A stretch of 63,922 nt of DNA, the filler included, from Bigelowiella natans CCMP2755 (lineage: Eukaryota > Protista > Cercozoa): NCBI GenBank assembly GCA_000320545.1. It is 5 parts of 5 records of this genome, joined end to end, with 100 filler letters (N's around TTAATTAATTAA, not from the genome) between each part and the next. Parts side by side here need not be neighbours in the genome. Positions count along the whole stretch, not along the records: positions 48,857 to 62,420 come from ADNK01001926.1; positions 62,521 to 63,922 come from ADNK01003369.1; 3 more parts are not named here. The stretch is one strand, 5' to 3'. Positions 49,893-63,922 of this stretch are shown here, one piece after another (within the stretch, counting starts at the first letter, position 1; every line of letters begins with the position of its first letter). The position numbers and the translations under genes were made by a program. Under the pieces are notes generated by a model, which was not told where the DNA came from, did not search any database, and worked only from the letters and a program-made list of their open reading frames with translations.

Positions 49893-52079
49893 CCATCTCT
49901 GTATGTTCAAGGAGCAATAGCGCTGATGATGACGACGACGACGTTGATGATGATGATGGTGCGGTTTTCCCACCAATCTCCTATTTGCTACGATGTTACT
50001 ACGATGCGGTTGCATTGTGGCATAATTACATTCTATACGTCAAAGAGCAGCTTACGACTATTCATACGAGCTTACAACAAAAGTGATCGGTGAATTGGGG
50101 AGGAGGTGTGGGTATCTCTCTCCTTCCCCTCCTCCTCCTCCTCCTCCTCCTCCTTCTCTTTCCTGTAGTTGCTTCCTTGTTATTCTTTAGTGTTGTTGTT
50201 GTTGCTGCTGTTGTTGTTGTCATTGCTTTTTACCCAGCTTTCATCAGTAATTCGCTTTGCTGCTTTCCCCCCCTTCTTGCTGCTCTCCAGAAACTCAACG
50301 TTCTAGCCAACCATTGCAAACAACACGATCGATGATGGCGGCAATCAGACACGGGCATGCATGCATGTGAGCTACTTGAATAATAACGATAAACTGCATC
50401 TTAATCAAAGCATCGTCTGCGCAATTTCACGCCACTGACGTATCGTTGTTATTGTTGTTGTTGTTGTTGTTGTAAAATAAAAGGCTGAACGGAAAAGCTC
50501 TCAATTATCATGTAGAGGATGCTTAGTTGTTCATGTAAGATTTGGAGAAATCGTGTATGATAATCAAATACCTCTGCAGATTTGCCGCCTTTACGATAAA
50601 TAATAAACTCTTCCTACGATGATAGTAGCACAGGTTTTGAATGATGATAACCGCATCGTAATTTTGGTAGCAAAGTAGCTAATAATCGGTCCGGCAGCAT
50701 CCCTCCTTCCTCACGGAATAGATGAAGAAACCATGCTTCAATATTTGCGATGTTCATTTGCTGATGCACTGCACAATTAGCTACCTCGTCAATGTGCCTG
50801 TCTAGTCGTATGCATTCCCGCACAAAGTCCTGTAGAAAGAAAGGAATGCATGTGTACACCTTCCAAATCAGAAGAAGAATCATCAAAACGAGACGAGAAG
50901 ACCCGCAAGTGGGCGGCAGCAGAGGGCGGACCATCAGGATTTATGGCACACGCAATACCTCAGAAACGACAAAGCAGTTGTTCTTTGCTGCTGCCAGCAA
51001 CTTTCGGGTAGGGTTCGCAACCTAATTGGTACAGCCAAACTTAATTGCGCATCTCTAGCTTAATACATTTTCATCCTCCCTCTCTTCATCCTCTTGACCT
51101 CTGATTCTGTCGTAATAAGATGGGTGACTCTCCTAGTGACGGTTTTGGATATGCTACCGCCAGCTTCCTGTGAAATGTTAATTGTGTTGGGCTTTAAAGC
51201 AATTCGTGTAGAAGAAACAAAGCTTGCCATGCTCTCCCGCCAATTATATACATTGATGTATAACACATGCCGTAATTCATTTCTACCAGCAACTCTGAGT
51301 GGAAGTGCTTGCGGACCACGCTCATCTAAACGAAGATGATGGTTTATAGTGATTAGTTTGCCTTGCGACTGCACAACGATGTAGCACGACACAAAAGTCG
51401 TTTACCTCTCCAGAGACACAGAACATCATTCCCTTCAACGGCTTGCCCTGATTTAATAATTCGAATAAATGAAAAAGAAATCGCTTCCTAGTTTGAGTTT
51501 TAATAAACCGATGTAGTATCACTGATAACTTTGCCCAATTTCTCCTCCTTTCTGGCATCTTTCCCCTTCTTTTCCTTCTTCCCGTTCACATGGGGCTTTG
51601 AATGTTTGCCCTTTTCCTTTGCTTCCTTTACAAATTGATGAATGGAAACATTTAAAGGTATGCCGTAACAATTTAGCCATCTGTGCTCGTATCACCTCGT
51701 CATCTTCAAGGTGTTCATCGCCTTCAAAGCCATTAGGATCAAGCCCCTTTTCATCTCCTCCTTCCGCTACAAATTTTGCTTATAATCATGATAATAACCC
51801 TCTTACATAGCAAGTAAAGCCATTTAGTATTTATAAAATGTTTCATAATTTCTTTTTTAAGCCGGGAAAGAAACAACCTCCAGTAGGTGTTCTCGTAAGG
51901 ATCTCAACTGCTCTATGCACCTAGCAGTACAATTTGCCAAAACAATGTCCATTAGGAGAACAGGCAAAGTCGAAAGGATGCGGGAATAGGTCGACCTTTC
52001 CCGAGGCCTCCCGCAGCGCACCGATAATCTTGACCTCATCGTCAAACCCCATTTGCCTTAAATATAGAATTTTCGACAT
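48928..52079 (-). CDS. ATP-dependent DNA ligase (minimal LigE/kinetoplast-ligase-like adenylation domain) with N-terminal UBA and BRCT domains; 3' truncated by gap
   Basis: UBA: LRQMGFDDEVKIIGALREASGK|VHRAVEIL. BRCT: GKPLKGMMFCVSGE|...EAGGSISKTVTRRVTHLITTESE|...FVVSE|DFVRECI. Ligase: KLMLAEKW...GYWISEKLDGVRAF|WSGKAFYSRRGNQFPAPDWF...|VELDGELWCGRRMF..|SLAIVR...WQYVTYQVFDLP. Confidence 0.88.
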
Positions 52080-52889
52080 TTTACGGCACTGCCGATTTGT
52101 CTCGCCTGCACAACCAGCTTCTACCTTATTGTAGCGGCTTCATCGAGGAACATAACTGTTGAGCCTAGACGCCTCAGCTTCCGTGGCCTCTCCATCTCCC
52201 CCCTTGATACAGCTCGTAGTCCACAACTTTCCCCTCTCCTGGAATCTTCTTTTCGTTGTCGCAAAGATATCTTCACAACAAACGCCGAAGTTTTTACTAC
52301 AGCGACTGAGCTTTTTGAACGTCGCACTCCACAAAACCAATAGCTTGTGACAAACATGTGGCGTTTCTGTCATAAAGCTGGATCGATAGGATGTCGTATT
52401 TGTAAAACATACGACGGTCTTCCTTGGGGAAAAAGGGGGCAGTAGGAACGAGAACCCCTTACTTTTGATTCAGAAATCGTGCACAGTTGCACTGGAAAGA
52501 GCGTCAATTTCTCGGGAAGCAAACGCCGTGCATTGGAACGCTTATCGCGACAATTTTGCAAGGAAACGACATTGATTTTCTTCATCGGTGTTAGCGATTG
52601 CACTTCCCGAAAGATTAATCGGAAAACCGGGTAAACGTAAAACGCTGGTCTGGTTTTCAATATTTCCCGGAAAATTGAAGGCAATGCTCTCCCCTCTGCT
52701 ACAATCTACCCGAGTTGGCGGCACTGAGGGGCAGTTACACGTGCTAGGTCAGCACGAATACAGGCGATTAAAGAATGCCGAGGTATGTGGGAAAGGTCTA
52801 GTTTTGTAGTGGTCGGTGGGACCATGCAGAATCTCACGTGCCTTCCGGTACCGAGATTCATTAAATCTTTCTTTTAATCTTGATGTATG

Positions 52890-54143
<1,254 letters not shown>

Positions 54144-54659
54144 ATTTGAGCGTAGCAGACATGATCATCGACTATTTTCTTAGTTAACTAGACCTAAAAT
54201 GATAAAGAATGGTTTCTTGTAACGAACAGCGTTTCAATTTCTTTTGTATAGTAGCAACGCCTTGTTCGCACGCAGGTACAGTGCGTTTCCCCTAGCTTTG
54301 TTAATACCTTGACAGTCAGAGACTTCGACAAGGCCAACTTTTGTAAATTGTATGAGCAGTAAATAACACCCTTACCGAACTTCTCCCCCATGCTCTGTAA
54401 TATTACAGCTTTTTTGATTCGCTAAATATGAGAGGTTCATTTCCGTTTTCGATATGATACAGCATATAAGTTCGATCATAAATTAACGAGCAATAGGCCG
54501 TTGATGTGTTGTAAAGTAGAAGTTGATATTTCTTCTCATGGACAGCTGAGCCCTACTGGGCTCATTTCTAGCATAAACTGCATTCTCGATAACTCGCTCT
54601 GTTTAACACATTTATCAGAGCTACATTTAAACAAATGATCTACCACGCCTTGTGTTGTG

Positions 54660-55370
54660 ACTAGATGTACATGAGGATCGAGCTTTGTGATCGTCTTGAC
54701 AGTCATGAAAATGCCGACACACATTCATGGCATGCTAGCATGCAAGCTAGCAAGTGTCAGCCGCAATCACCATGCAGGATCGTAGAAGCAAAAAGTGTCT
54801 TGCAATTTGCGCGTACGTAGCATCGCAGCGTAGTTGCACCCCACAGCTAGACAGTGCTGAATGCGCGCCACATGTCAGATGTGTTGCCTCACATGCATGA
54901 CAAGACCGTCTTCATTTGTCTTCGATCGATTCCGCGACGCACGCATTTCTGCATCATCCACATGCATGCATGATGGAGAAATGAATGTTGAGAACAATGC
55001 AGACTGAGAATTTTAGAATTGTGTCATGCTTGAAGTGAGCAATTGGATGTGGGATGAGCTAGCAAGCTAGTGAGGTGAATTGCAAAAAATGGCCGAAATG
55101 ATTGATTTCATTCAATTTTGTCATGACGCAAAACGGTCAACCCTAACCACTCAAAATCGCAACAAGTAAATGTCTTGCACAATGAGGGTGAAGAGAATGA
55201 AGCACGCATCAGTAATGGGCATCAGCTGGTGCTGGGTTGAGCACAGGGGCTGGAAACAATGAAACAATGAAACAAAGATGAAAAACTACATTTCCAAAGT
55301 GTTGCAAGACACTTGCAGCGTGCAAAATGCAGTGCCTCGAACTGGTTTCAGTGAGGATCTTCCGAACATT
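54660..55370. other. TpA-depleted non-coding island (contains 13-bp inverted repeat 54793-54805 / 55302-55314)
   Basis: About 14 TpA in 54721-55370, mostly CTAG/GTAG; aagtgtcttgcaa ... ttgcaagacactt. Confidence 0.7.
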
Positions 55371-55637
55371 TGTATCCCGGCGGGATATCTGTGAAATCGA
55401 GGCATAAATGCCATGGAATTCATCATAATTTTAAATTATAAAATCCGTTCCTTTTTATCCCAAAAACTTACCAGAAGCCTTGTCGTTTAACTAGGAATCC
55501 CAAAACAGCATGGCGCCGTTGTGAAGGACCCCTACTCGGCGAGCAGATAATAGATTACGAGGGATAGAAAGAACAAAAATCTACGCGGAGACGACCTTGG
55601 ACCTCACCTTCGAAGATCCGTCATATAAACTCGTGAG

Positions 55638-57460
55638 ATGAACGGGCATTCGAGGGGGTTCTCGAATAGATGCGCGATATCTCTACTGTTGGTATGGGCG
55701 GCTTTCACCTTGAGCAGCTGTGGTATTAAAAAGATGAACGTATCCTCATACTCCACCTTATATTTTGAATTCAGCAACAAATAAGCATGCTTGTCTATTT
55801 CGATCCCATTCGCAGACGCGACTGTTGACTAATGACCGTGGTTATTTTCCCTGGACAGATGCTATAGGTGGAATCAAACAACCACAACTGCGGAGATTTA
55901 CCTTGGGGTCTCAACTTCTGCATCGTCGCGAACTAAGACGGGGAGTGGGAAGGAAGGGATCCACATTTGCGAGTCTTACGCCAAAAAAATGGAGCGAGGA
56001 ATACAAATTGAAGATCCAGGGAAGAAACAGAGGGAAAAGAAGCTCTCGTTTTCTAGCAAGGGCAGGGAGCAGCGGGTCGACTCAGTCTGAGTACGATATG
56101 ATTCCAGACGAATTTGATATTGAAGATTATCTGGATGATGATGAGAGGGACGATCCCGAGTATAAAACGCTCCCGTAAGTAGCAGAATCACTAAAATAAA
56201 TAGTAGTACTTGTAGTTGCCGTGGTGGTTATTGAAGATTTGGCAGCCAAGACAGAATGAATGACATAATGATGGTCACAACGACGATATTGATGATCATT
56301 ATCTTCACGTTTTTCCCCTCCATATATACTCCTACGTATAAACATAACAATAACCACCAAGGTTTGGGGAAGAAGCTGATCAGATTGAAGACGAGCTTCT
56401 TGGTCGAGGTCTAGAGACGGTTTACGGAGACGAATACAAAGTACGTACGTCGTGATAAAAGAAGGGGGGTCGGTGGAACACGATTGATGAAATGGTGGAG
56501 GGGGATAGGGGGAGGACAGAAGCTTATGGAGACTCGAAACCCAACATGCGCAATGCTATGTGGTGAGCTAGGGTGTAACGTATGAGGAAAATTGTTCTTC
56601 GATGATTTGTCAAATTGCTGCTGCAGGTGAGGCGATACGACGACTTTGGAGACCGTGTGATGGAGATTGACCGGAAGCTGGAAGAGGCTGGCGCTCCCAT
56701 TGACTACCCAATCTCCCCTTCCATATTCGCAGACACAGACGACTTACATAATGTCGTGTTCCCCCCTCCTGAACCTGGGGTGTTCAAGAATAACACGGTC
56801 ATGCTGCGTGCCCATCCCCTGGAGGTTGGCTGGGATGACCCCGAGACCGAAATCCTCGATGATGTAAATCTCACGCAAGTTCTTCTGATGGACCAGGACT
56901 CGTCAGGGTAGTCGTCGTTGCGGCATGCTAGAAACTATCATATTTCAGAAAATCGTTGTTGAAATGCCAATGATTATGTGCTACCAGTGGATGATAGCAT
57001 ACTATTGAAAAACATGGAACGTATATGTATGAATGGACCGCACGCCATAACTGCTGCTGCTGGTGCTGCTAGCACTTATTATACTACTTTTGTTCCCTCC
57101 CCCCTCTATCTCCGCGTGTTATCAGATATGACGATATTGAGAAGAACGAAGTGATGAAGTTCAGAATGGCAATCGACTCGCTGATGGAAATGATGCCGAG
57201 AGTGGAAACGAACCCATTGGCCGCCATTATCCGCCACCCGCATCTCGCAGAAGGATACGATGTGCCTGTGGACATGATGATTGATGATCGATTCTCGCAC
57301 GTGTTCCAATCTGAGCAGATATTCAAGAAGCACAACATCACCGAGATGAACCTCGACGACATGATGTAAGGCAGCACTCAATTAGTAACAGTAGTGACGC
57401 CAGTAGGAATTAGTACCACCACTCACCAATATTTAAAGGGGGTGGGAGATTGCCATGGGT

Positions 57461-57515
<55 letters not shown>

Positions 57516-59353
57516 CCTCATCCGCAACAGTGATAATTTAATATATAAGAACGCAATTTGCTTTCATGATCCAAGGTACGACGGAATAATGACCTTGGAA
57601 AAGCTGAAGGCGCGCAGAAAGAGGCGCGAGGAGAAGCGGCGATTGCAGGGCTTGGAGCCAACGGAAATGGACTTCCGATGGCGATACGACGGGGACCTGT
57701 CCGATATCAACTACGACATGATCAACCGGATGAACTTTAAGCAGCTGCGGGCCATTCTCGCTTTGCATGCCACCGAAGAACGCTTTTCAGGCGTGGATAC
57801 GAGGAGGAATGGCACGTGGGAGGACCTCAAAAACAGGATGTACTACCGATACCACTACTCGGTTTTTCCTTCTTGAATTACCAATGCATGTGTCATGGCG
57901 AATGACGTTGATGACTCCCCGGCTGTCCTCCTTCTTCTGCCGCTTATTTAGTTGACTTACTACCCCCGGTATAATAGGTACAACCTCATCGACGCGCATT
58001 CGTTCCAGGCTCGCATTGAACGTCAGAACAAGCGGAAACTCGCACTTCACAAGGTGTCGTACACGCAGCAGCGACTGCAGTACATTCTCGATATGCAGAA
58101 GGACATGTACCCCTACTCGGGGTACTACCATCTTGGCGAGAAGAACCTCGAGGCAATGGAGGAGTGGGTGGAGATGGCGGGGGGGTTCAAGATCCCGGAA
58201 GTCAAGATTCTGGAGGAGAAGCTTTTCGAGGAAAGAACGCTTGTTGCAGATGGCGGAGATGTGGAGGAGGGGGAGATGATGATGATGGTGCCAAAAGACC
58301 TCATGATCACTTCGCAGGTCATCTGAGTCTGTTAATGTGCGCGTGCGTGTCTCTCTGTGTGTGGGGGGGTTCCCAAATACCAATTTTCGAACCAAAAGTG
58401 GCGGAAGAAGACATCAAGAAATGCCGTATAATCAATCTTCAGTGCCTTCCCAAGTGTTACTGCTGTTATGGACAAATCACCCTCCATTTCTCTCCTCCCA
58501 TATTGAACCTTAAACTATCGTTCGTTAACCCTAGGTGGCTCGCGCAAGCACCATTGGCGCGGTCATTGCAAAGCGCTGCCCAAATGTGACCAGCGACAAC
58601 CACATCATCGCAGCTTATCTCTGCCAGGAGAAGCTAAAGGGGGAGGACTCATTCTGGAAGAAATACATCGACTCTTTGCCCAAGAAGATGTATTCTCTGC
58701 CGTACCGCTATCCCCCTGAAGAGACAGGTTGCCGTAGCAACGCTACATTTATCACATCGCTCCTCTAAAAAGCAGAAATAGAGATTTTGGCCTTAAAATT
58801 GTGCTGTATATATCCGAAGATATACGACGCGCTTGTTTATATGCCCCTGTGTGTGCGTGCGTGTGTGTGTGTGTGTGTGTGTGTGTTTGGGATTGAATCT
58901 ACTACCACTACTGCCTCTACCATCACCACGATTATTCACCTCACTGCAACTACTACTACTGCTATTACTACCTAATACTACTCAAGGAGTGCGAGTGCTC
59001 AAGGGCACATACGCCGAGTTCTACATGAAGGCGCGGTTAATGCAGACCGTCAAGACCTACGAGTACCTGTCTAAAGGCCTCCCAATCAATACCTGGAAGA
59101 AGAAAGTCCCGTTTGAGATGTTCGCCTGGGCTCTCGCCATCACCGATTCACGCTCCTTTCACTTGAGGGTCGGTGGAGGGGGGGGCGCGGGAGAAGGAGA
59201 GGAAGAGGGGGAGGGAGAAAACGAGCGAGGCGATGACACCATCACTGCTTTGGTGCCTCTCATTGATATGTCAAACGCTGAAGCTCACGAGTTTAACGCT
59301 GTTTGGTCCTACGATGACGAGATGGAAGCCATGGTGAGAACTATCACTGTACT

Positions 59354-59397
<44 letters not shown>

Positions 59398-60706
59398 AAG
59401 TATCCGCACGTAATATGGAGGAGGGGATTGCGATAAACATCATTATCAGACAAACAAGAGCAAAATTTGCATTCAAATCGCATATCTAGGAACCGACTAC
59501 CATAGTGCATTCATCCCGCCGTTTCCTTGCGCCTCTTACTCCACCTGCTGTTTTATTCTCGAGGTCGTTACTGCCAACAAGCCCATCAAGCAGGGCGAGG
59601 AGATTCTAATCTCCTACGGGACATTCACGAATACACACTGGTATGTGCAGTATGGCCTTGTATTCGAAAGGTATTACTGTTATTCGAGTGATAACGTTAT
59701 CGTCATTTCAGTCATCATCATCATCATCATCATCATCACCGCCATTATTGATGTCGTCGTCGTTAGGCTAAAGTGGAAAGCTCTGCTGACCTTCCCTGGA
59801 TCTTCACTGGAGCAGGAAGCTGCTTTTGCTATCACCAACTCATACGATGACGTTGGCGTTCAAAACGTCTTTTCGCATCTACGCCGCTCACAACAAGACA
59901 TAACAAAGATTAAGGCCACAATAGAGAGCAAGTCAGTAACAGCTCCCTCCCTCTCTCCATCCCCCCCCCCCCACACTCGTAATTATGTACGAAAGCAACG
60001 TTTATATTTCGCGGTAGCAGTATCATTAATATCATCAAACCATTAAACAGACATGAATACGGATGGTGATTGATTTGCCTTTTCCTTCGATGCTGCACAG
60101 GTATAGAAGAATGCATGATGTTCTGGCGAAGGATTTGCGGGTCGATATTATCAAGAAAAGGCAGGAATGCTACATGGAAATACGAGATCTGGAGGAGATT
60201 CTAGGAGAGCTAGAGGAAATGGTGGATACGCAGCATTAACATTGGCGAGCTGTTACCGTATCCTTCACCATTTGATTGACCTCTCATCATACGCCTTCGC
60301 TATCTCCATGTTATCGATATCACAGACACTGATCAGTGGGGGGGGCTACGAGCAGGCTGCGACTATTTCTGAGTACCGTAAATCATTGGATCCAGCGTCT
60401 GTACCTGCTTCTTCCTGTACGTGTGTGTACGTGTATGTGTATGTGTGTGCGTGTGCGCGTGAGTTTATAATGCCTACGAGCGTGAGTACATAATGGAATA
60501 CGCGTCGTTGTACATGATGCTGCGCTCTTAAAAACAACATACGTCTTGGACCCTTCCTGCAGTGATATTCTGAATGCTAATGATAGTGATTATGGAATTG
60601 ATGATACAACAACGACAAAGGTACTGGAGAGATCACTGTTTTGAAGGCACTCAAGAAGGCTGTAGCACGACAACTGAAAATACAAGGTCACACCGCACAC
60701 ACTGAA

Positions 60707-60745
<39 letters not shown>

Positions 60746-62400
60746 AAACAGCACTCACGCATACACACAAAAGTCATCGTCATCATCATCATTATCATTA
60801 TCATGATCATCATCATCATCATTAATCATGATCGCCACCACCCACTCTCAGGTTCGACCTTGCAAGAGGATGTAGAGCATCTTCGTGATTTGGACCTGGA
60901 CGCTATGGAAGGAGGCATAAAGGCATCGGCAAACGACGAAAGATGATGGTAGTAGTAGTAGGAGGAGGAGGAGGAGGAGGAGGAGGAGGAGGAGGAGGAT
61001 CCTAGTAGTAGTTATTGCTCGTTGTAGTGTAGACAAAAAGTAATCAAAATGCGAGGTTCATCCTCGATCTCATTGAGTGCATATATCGGTAAGTGCTGTG
61101 TTACGAACAGAGCTTGCCGCAGCGCCAAGTTGGCCTTATCTTCCTCATGATTCCAAAAGCTTTCTCACTGATTAGAAACATTCCTCGTCGCCATCATCGT
61201 CGTTCGTCGTCTTGATAGGCCGTCAAAGTGGCGGAGAAGCATATTCTTGAGTACATGAATGCGCTGGCTGATACGTGCATCCCCATGCTGGAAATGTCCC
61301 GGAGTGCCCTCCGACGTTACAAGGTAATAATAGTGAGGATGATCAAGTTCGGACCGGGCGGGGGGGGGGGGGGGAAGAAAGAGAGAGAAAACACACACAC
61401 GCACACACACTCAACTCAATATGGCCTCTTTCCAATACTGCAGAAACAGATGGTAAAGGCGCGTAGGCGGGGGGAGCAGATTCCTTTTCTGTCTTACATC
61501 GAGAAGGTCGTCCTTCCCCTCATCCGGCAGCGTCGTGAGTTCCAAGTCCTTAGGCGGAAAGGGCTGCTCCCCGGTATTGAGGACGATGACTATCAGCTCA
61601 TCGATGAGATGCACCCGAACCCTCCAGATGAGAGATATCTCCCAAGGCCTTGGAAGCAAGTAGAGACGCAGGCTGGAACTCCGGTTGGCCTTATATACTT
61701 ATTTATTTTCTTCTTACTCTTCTTCTGCTACTAGTAGTAGTAGTAGTACTACTACTACTGCTGCTACTACTAATCATCATCATCTTGATCATATCATCAT
61801 CACCATTATCATCATCGCTGCTGTTACTATCACTGCCATACTTTATATAATACACTGATGATATAACAACAACAAACAACCCAAAGATCACGGTATCCGA
61901 ACTATGCGCTGCTCTGCTCTCCGCAGACATCTAACCCTCCTCCCTCTCTCTATACATACTTGCCGTCGCCACCGCCACCACCGCCACCACCACCATCGCC
62001 GTCGTCGTGGTTAGGTCTACTGGAATACGGAAACAGGCAAAGAGTCCTGGGAGCACCCCGTCTTGGGGGGGGAGAGGCAATCCGGAGGCAAAACGTTGGC
62101 CCTGACCCTCAAAGCTCGGTACGCACGGCTTGCCTCGACATGGAGGCCCATCCAGCTGGAGGGGGACGGCGGGGATGAACAACGATTTCTACGAGATGGG
62201 AGGACTACGTGCACGACACGGCTGTTGTGGATGTGATCGACGAGCGCAGAGAGCTGCCCGAGCACAAACTCTTCAGCTGGGAGGACCAGCGCCTCCCGGC
62301 CGGTCATGCCAAAGAGAGCCAGAGGGATATCGACTTGGATTTCAGGAAGGATATGGAGGAACCGGAAGAACTATATGGGCGTAAGAAAGAAGAGAGCGCC
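55638..62400 (+). CDS. Large SET-domain protein of the Rubisco-LSMT/SETD3 family with predicted bipartite (plastid) leader; 3' truncated by gap
   Basis: Leader CAISLLLVWAAFTLSSC. SET: EERTLVADGGDVEEGEMMMMVPKDLMIT, SFWKKYIDSLP, FAWALAITDSRSF, ALVPLIDMSNA, ANKPIKQGEEILISYG...YVQYG. Substrate-binding-like STLQEDVEHL...EKHIL. Confidence 0.85.
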
Positions 62401-62420
62401 GGGGGGGGGGGGGGGGGGGG

Positions 62421-62520
62421 NNNNNNNNNNNNNNNNNNNNNNNNNNNNNNNNNNNNNNNNNNNNTTAATTAATTAANNNNNNNNNNNNNNNNNNNNNNNN
62501 NNNNNNNNNNNNNNNNNNNN
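62421..62520. other. Assembly gap spacer
   Basis: N44-TTAATTAATTAA-N44. Confidence 0.98.
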
Positions 62521-63602
62521 AGGAATTTCGATTGATGATAGGAGGGGTTACGTCCAGACTGTCCATCAAATACAATACAAGCAATCAAGAAATTATGTAA
62601 GCTTCAATACAGCTAGCGAAGTATGGGAATCTCAAGAATGACGAACATTTCATCGCATGCGAAGTCCGAGACGAAAAGACTCTGGGATACATGGACGAGA
62701 TAATGAAGTTGAAACCGCTCGATCATCATCTTAGCGAGTCTTTAAATGCAAAAATCGCGCACATATGGAAGGACAAAAATATTCGCCATACATTTCAACA
62801 CTTTCGTGGTGCGCAATCTATTCCGGACTCGGCCAGCTACTTTTTTTCGAGACTGGATGAAACTTGGAGGAAGGATTACCTTCCGAGCATACCAGATGTT
62901 CTTAGGTCCCGAGTTCGTACCACGGGGATAGTCGAACAGCATTACAGGTTCAACGATTCAAATTTTCACATATTTGACGTTGGAGGCCAAAGAAATGGTA
63001 TGAGATTTCATTTTTTATAAGAATTCTTGTATCTAAAGAATTTTTTTTTACAGAACGTAAGAAATGGATACACCTCTTTTCCGAAGTGACAGCAGTGCTG
63101 TTCGTGGCGTCACTAAGGTTTATGAAGAATTTATAATTGTTTTTTTTTTTTGTATTTTCATATCGTTAATACTTCCTGTTGTCCCTTTGTTTTATTTGAA
63201 AGCGCGTTCGACCAAGTATTATATGAAGATTCGAAGGTGAATAGGATGGAAGAAAGTTTGTGTTTGTTTGAAGAAGTATGTCACATGAAGCTTTTTCATC
63301 AAACCAATATCATCCTATTCTTGAACAAATCCGACCTCTTTGAACAAAAGCTGTCAATCGATAATATTAAACTAGCTGATTGGTGCCCAGAATATGAAGG
63401 CGAAAACGACTTCAAAAGTGCATGCTTATTTATTAAGGACAAATTTCTGCATAGGAATGGAGTAGACAATCGCAAAAATTCCCAAATTTTTACCCACATT
63501 ACCAACGCAACTGACACCGATCATGTAAAATTCGTTTTCAATGCTTGCCAGAATATTATCATCCATGCAAGCCTTAATCAAGCTGGACTTCTCATGCAAT
63601 AA
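62521..63602 (+). CDS. Heterotrimeric G-protein alpha subunit (5' truncated)
   Basis: DVLRSRVRTTGIVE (switch I), DVGGQRN|ERKKWIHLF (G3), LFLNKSDLF (G4), HITNATDT (G5); introns ~62998-63052 and ~63118-63202. Confidence 0.96.
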
Positions 63603-63922
63603 CTAACGTACGATTCACTTGAAAATTAGTTCGTTTTCAGTGATTAGTATTTCCAGTACGAGATGGGACTTAGATCATATCGATCTTTACGCAATAGGAC
63701 ATTGGTGTGACATTATTGTGGGGATGTTCAAAATGACACAAAATACTTTTTTGGCATACTCGATGCGCTTTTTTACATCTAGATATTGAAGCCATTTACT
63801 GTTGGGTTGCTAATTGATGATGGTGGTTTGCTATGCATGAAAAGTTAGCTAACTAATTACACCAAAGAAATTAATGTTCTATGATATGAAATCTTGAGCA
63901 ATGCTTGACAAAATCCCATTGC

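Overview
Eukaryotic, intron-rich nuclear DNA, most consistent with an alga with a secondary plastid such as a chlorarachniophyte. The inference rests on short GT-AG introns packed with microsatellites and two genes with signal-peptide plus transit-peptide-like leaders; the taxon is not proven. Four identical 100-nt gap spacers (N44-TTAATTAATTAA-N44) split the window into five contigs, so adjacency across gaps is uncertain. Genes read by manual splicing: a polycystin-1-like REJ/GPS/TM/PDZ protein (5' partial), adenylosuccinate lyase, a histidine phosphatase, an FGD-like DH-PH-FYVE RhoGEF, two tandem genes sharing an unrecognised ~120-aa domain (one with a SAM-like N-terminus, one with 13 ankyrin repeats), CutC, an At1g16080-like plastid protein, a UBA-BRCT-fused minimal ATP-dependent DNA ligase, a plastid-targeted SET/LSMT-family protein and a G-alpha. 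There is also a Copia 3' end and a second decayed LTR. The most striking unexplained signal is a set of sharply bounded non-coding or transposon-derived islands in which TpA is almost eliminated (none in 40150-40782). Surviving TpA sits almost only in CTAG/CTA/TAG, CpG is retained, and internal duplications differ by TA>TG/CA. This looks like an 'inverse-RIP' A:T>G:C hypermutation process. All counts were made by eye and need computational confirmation.
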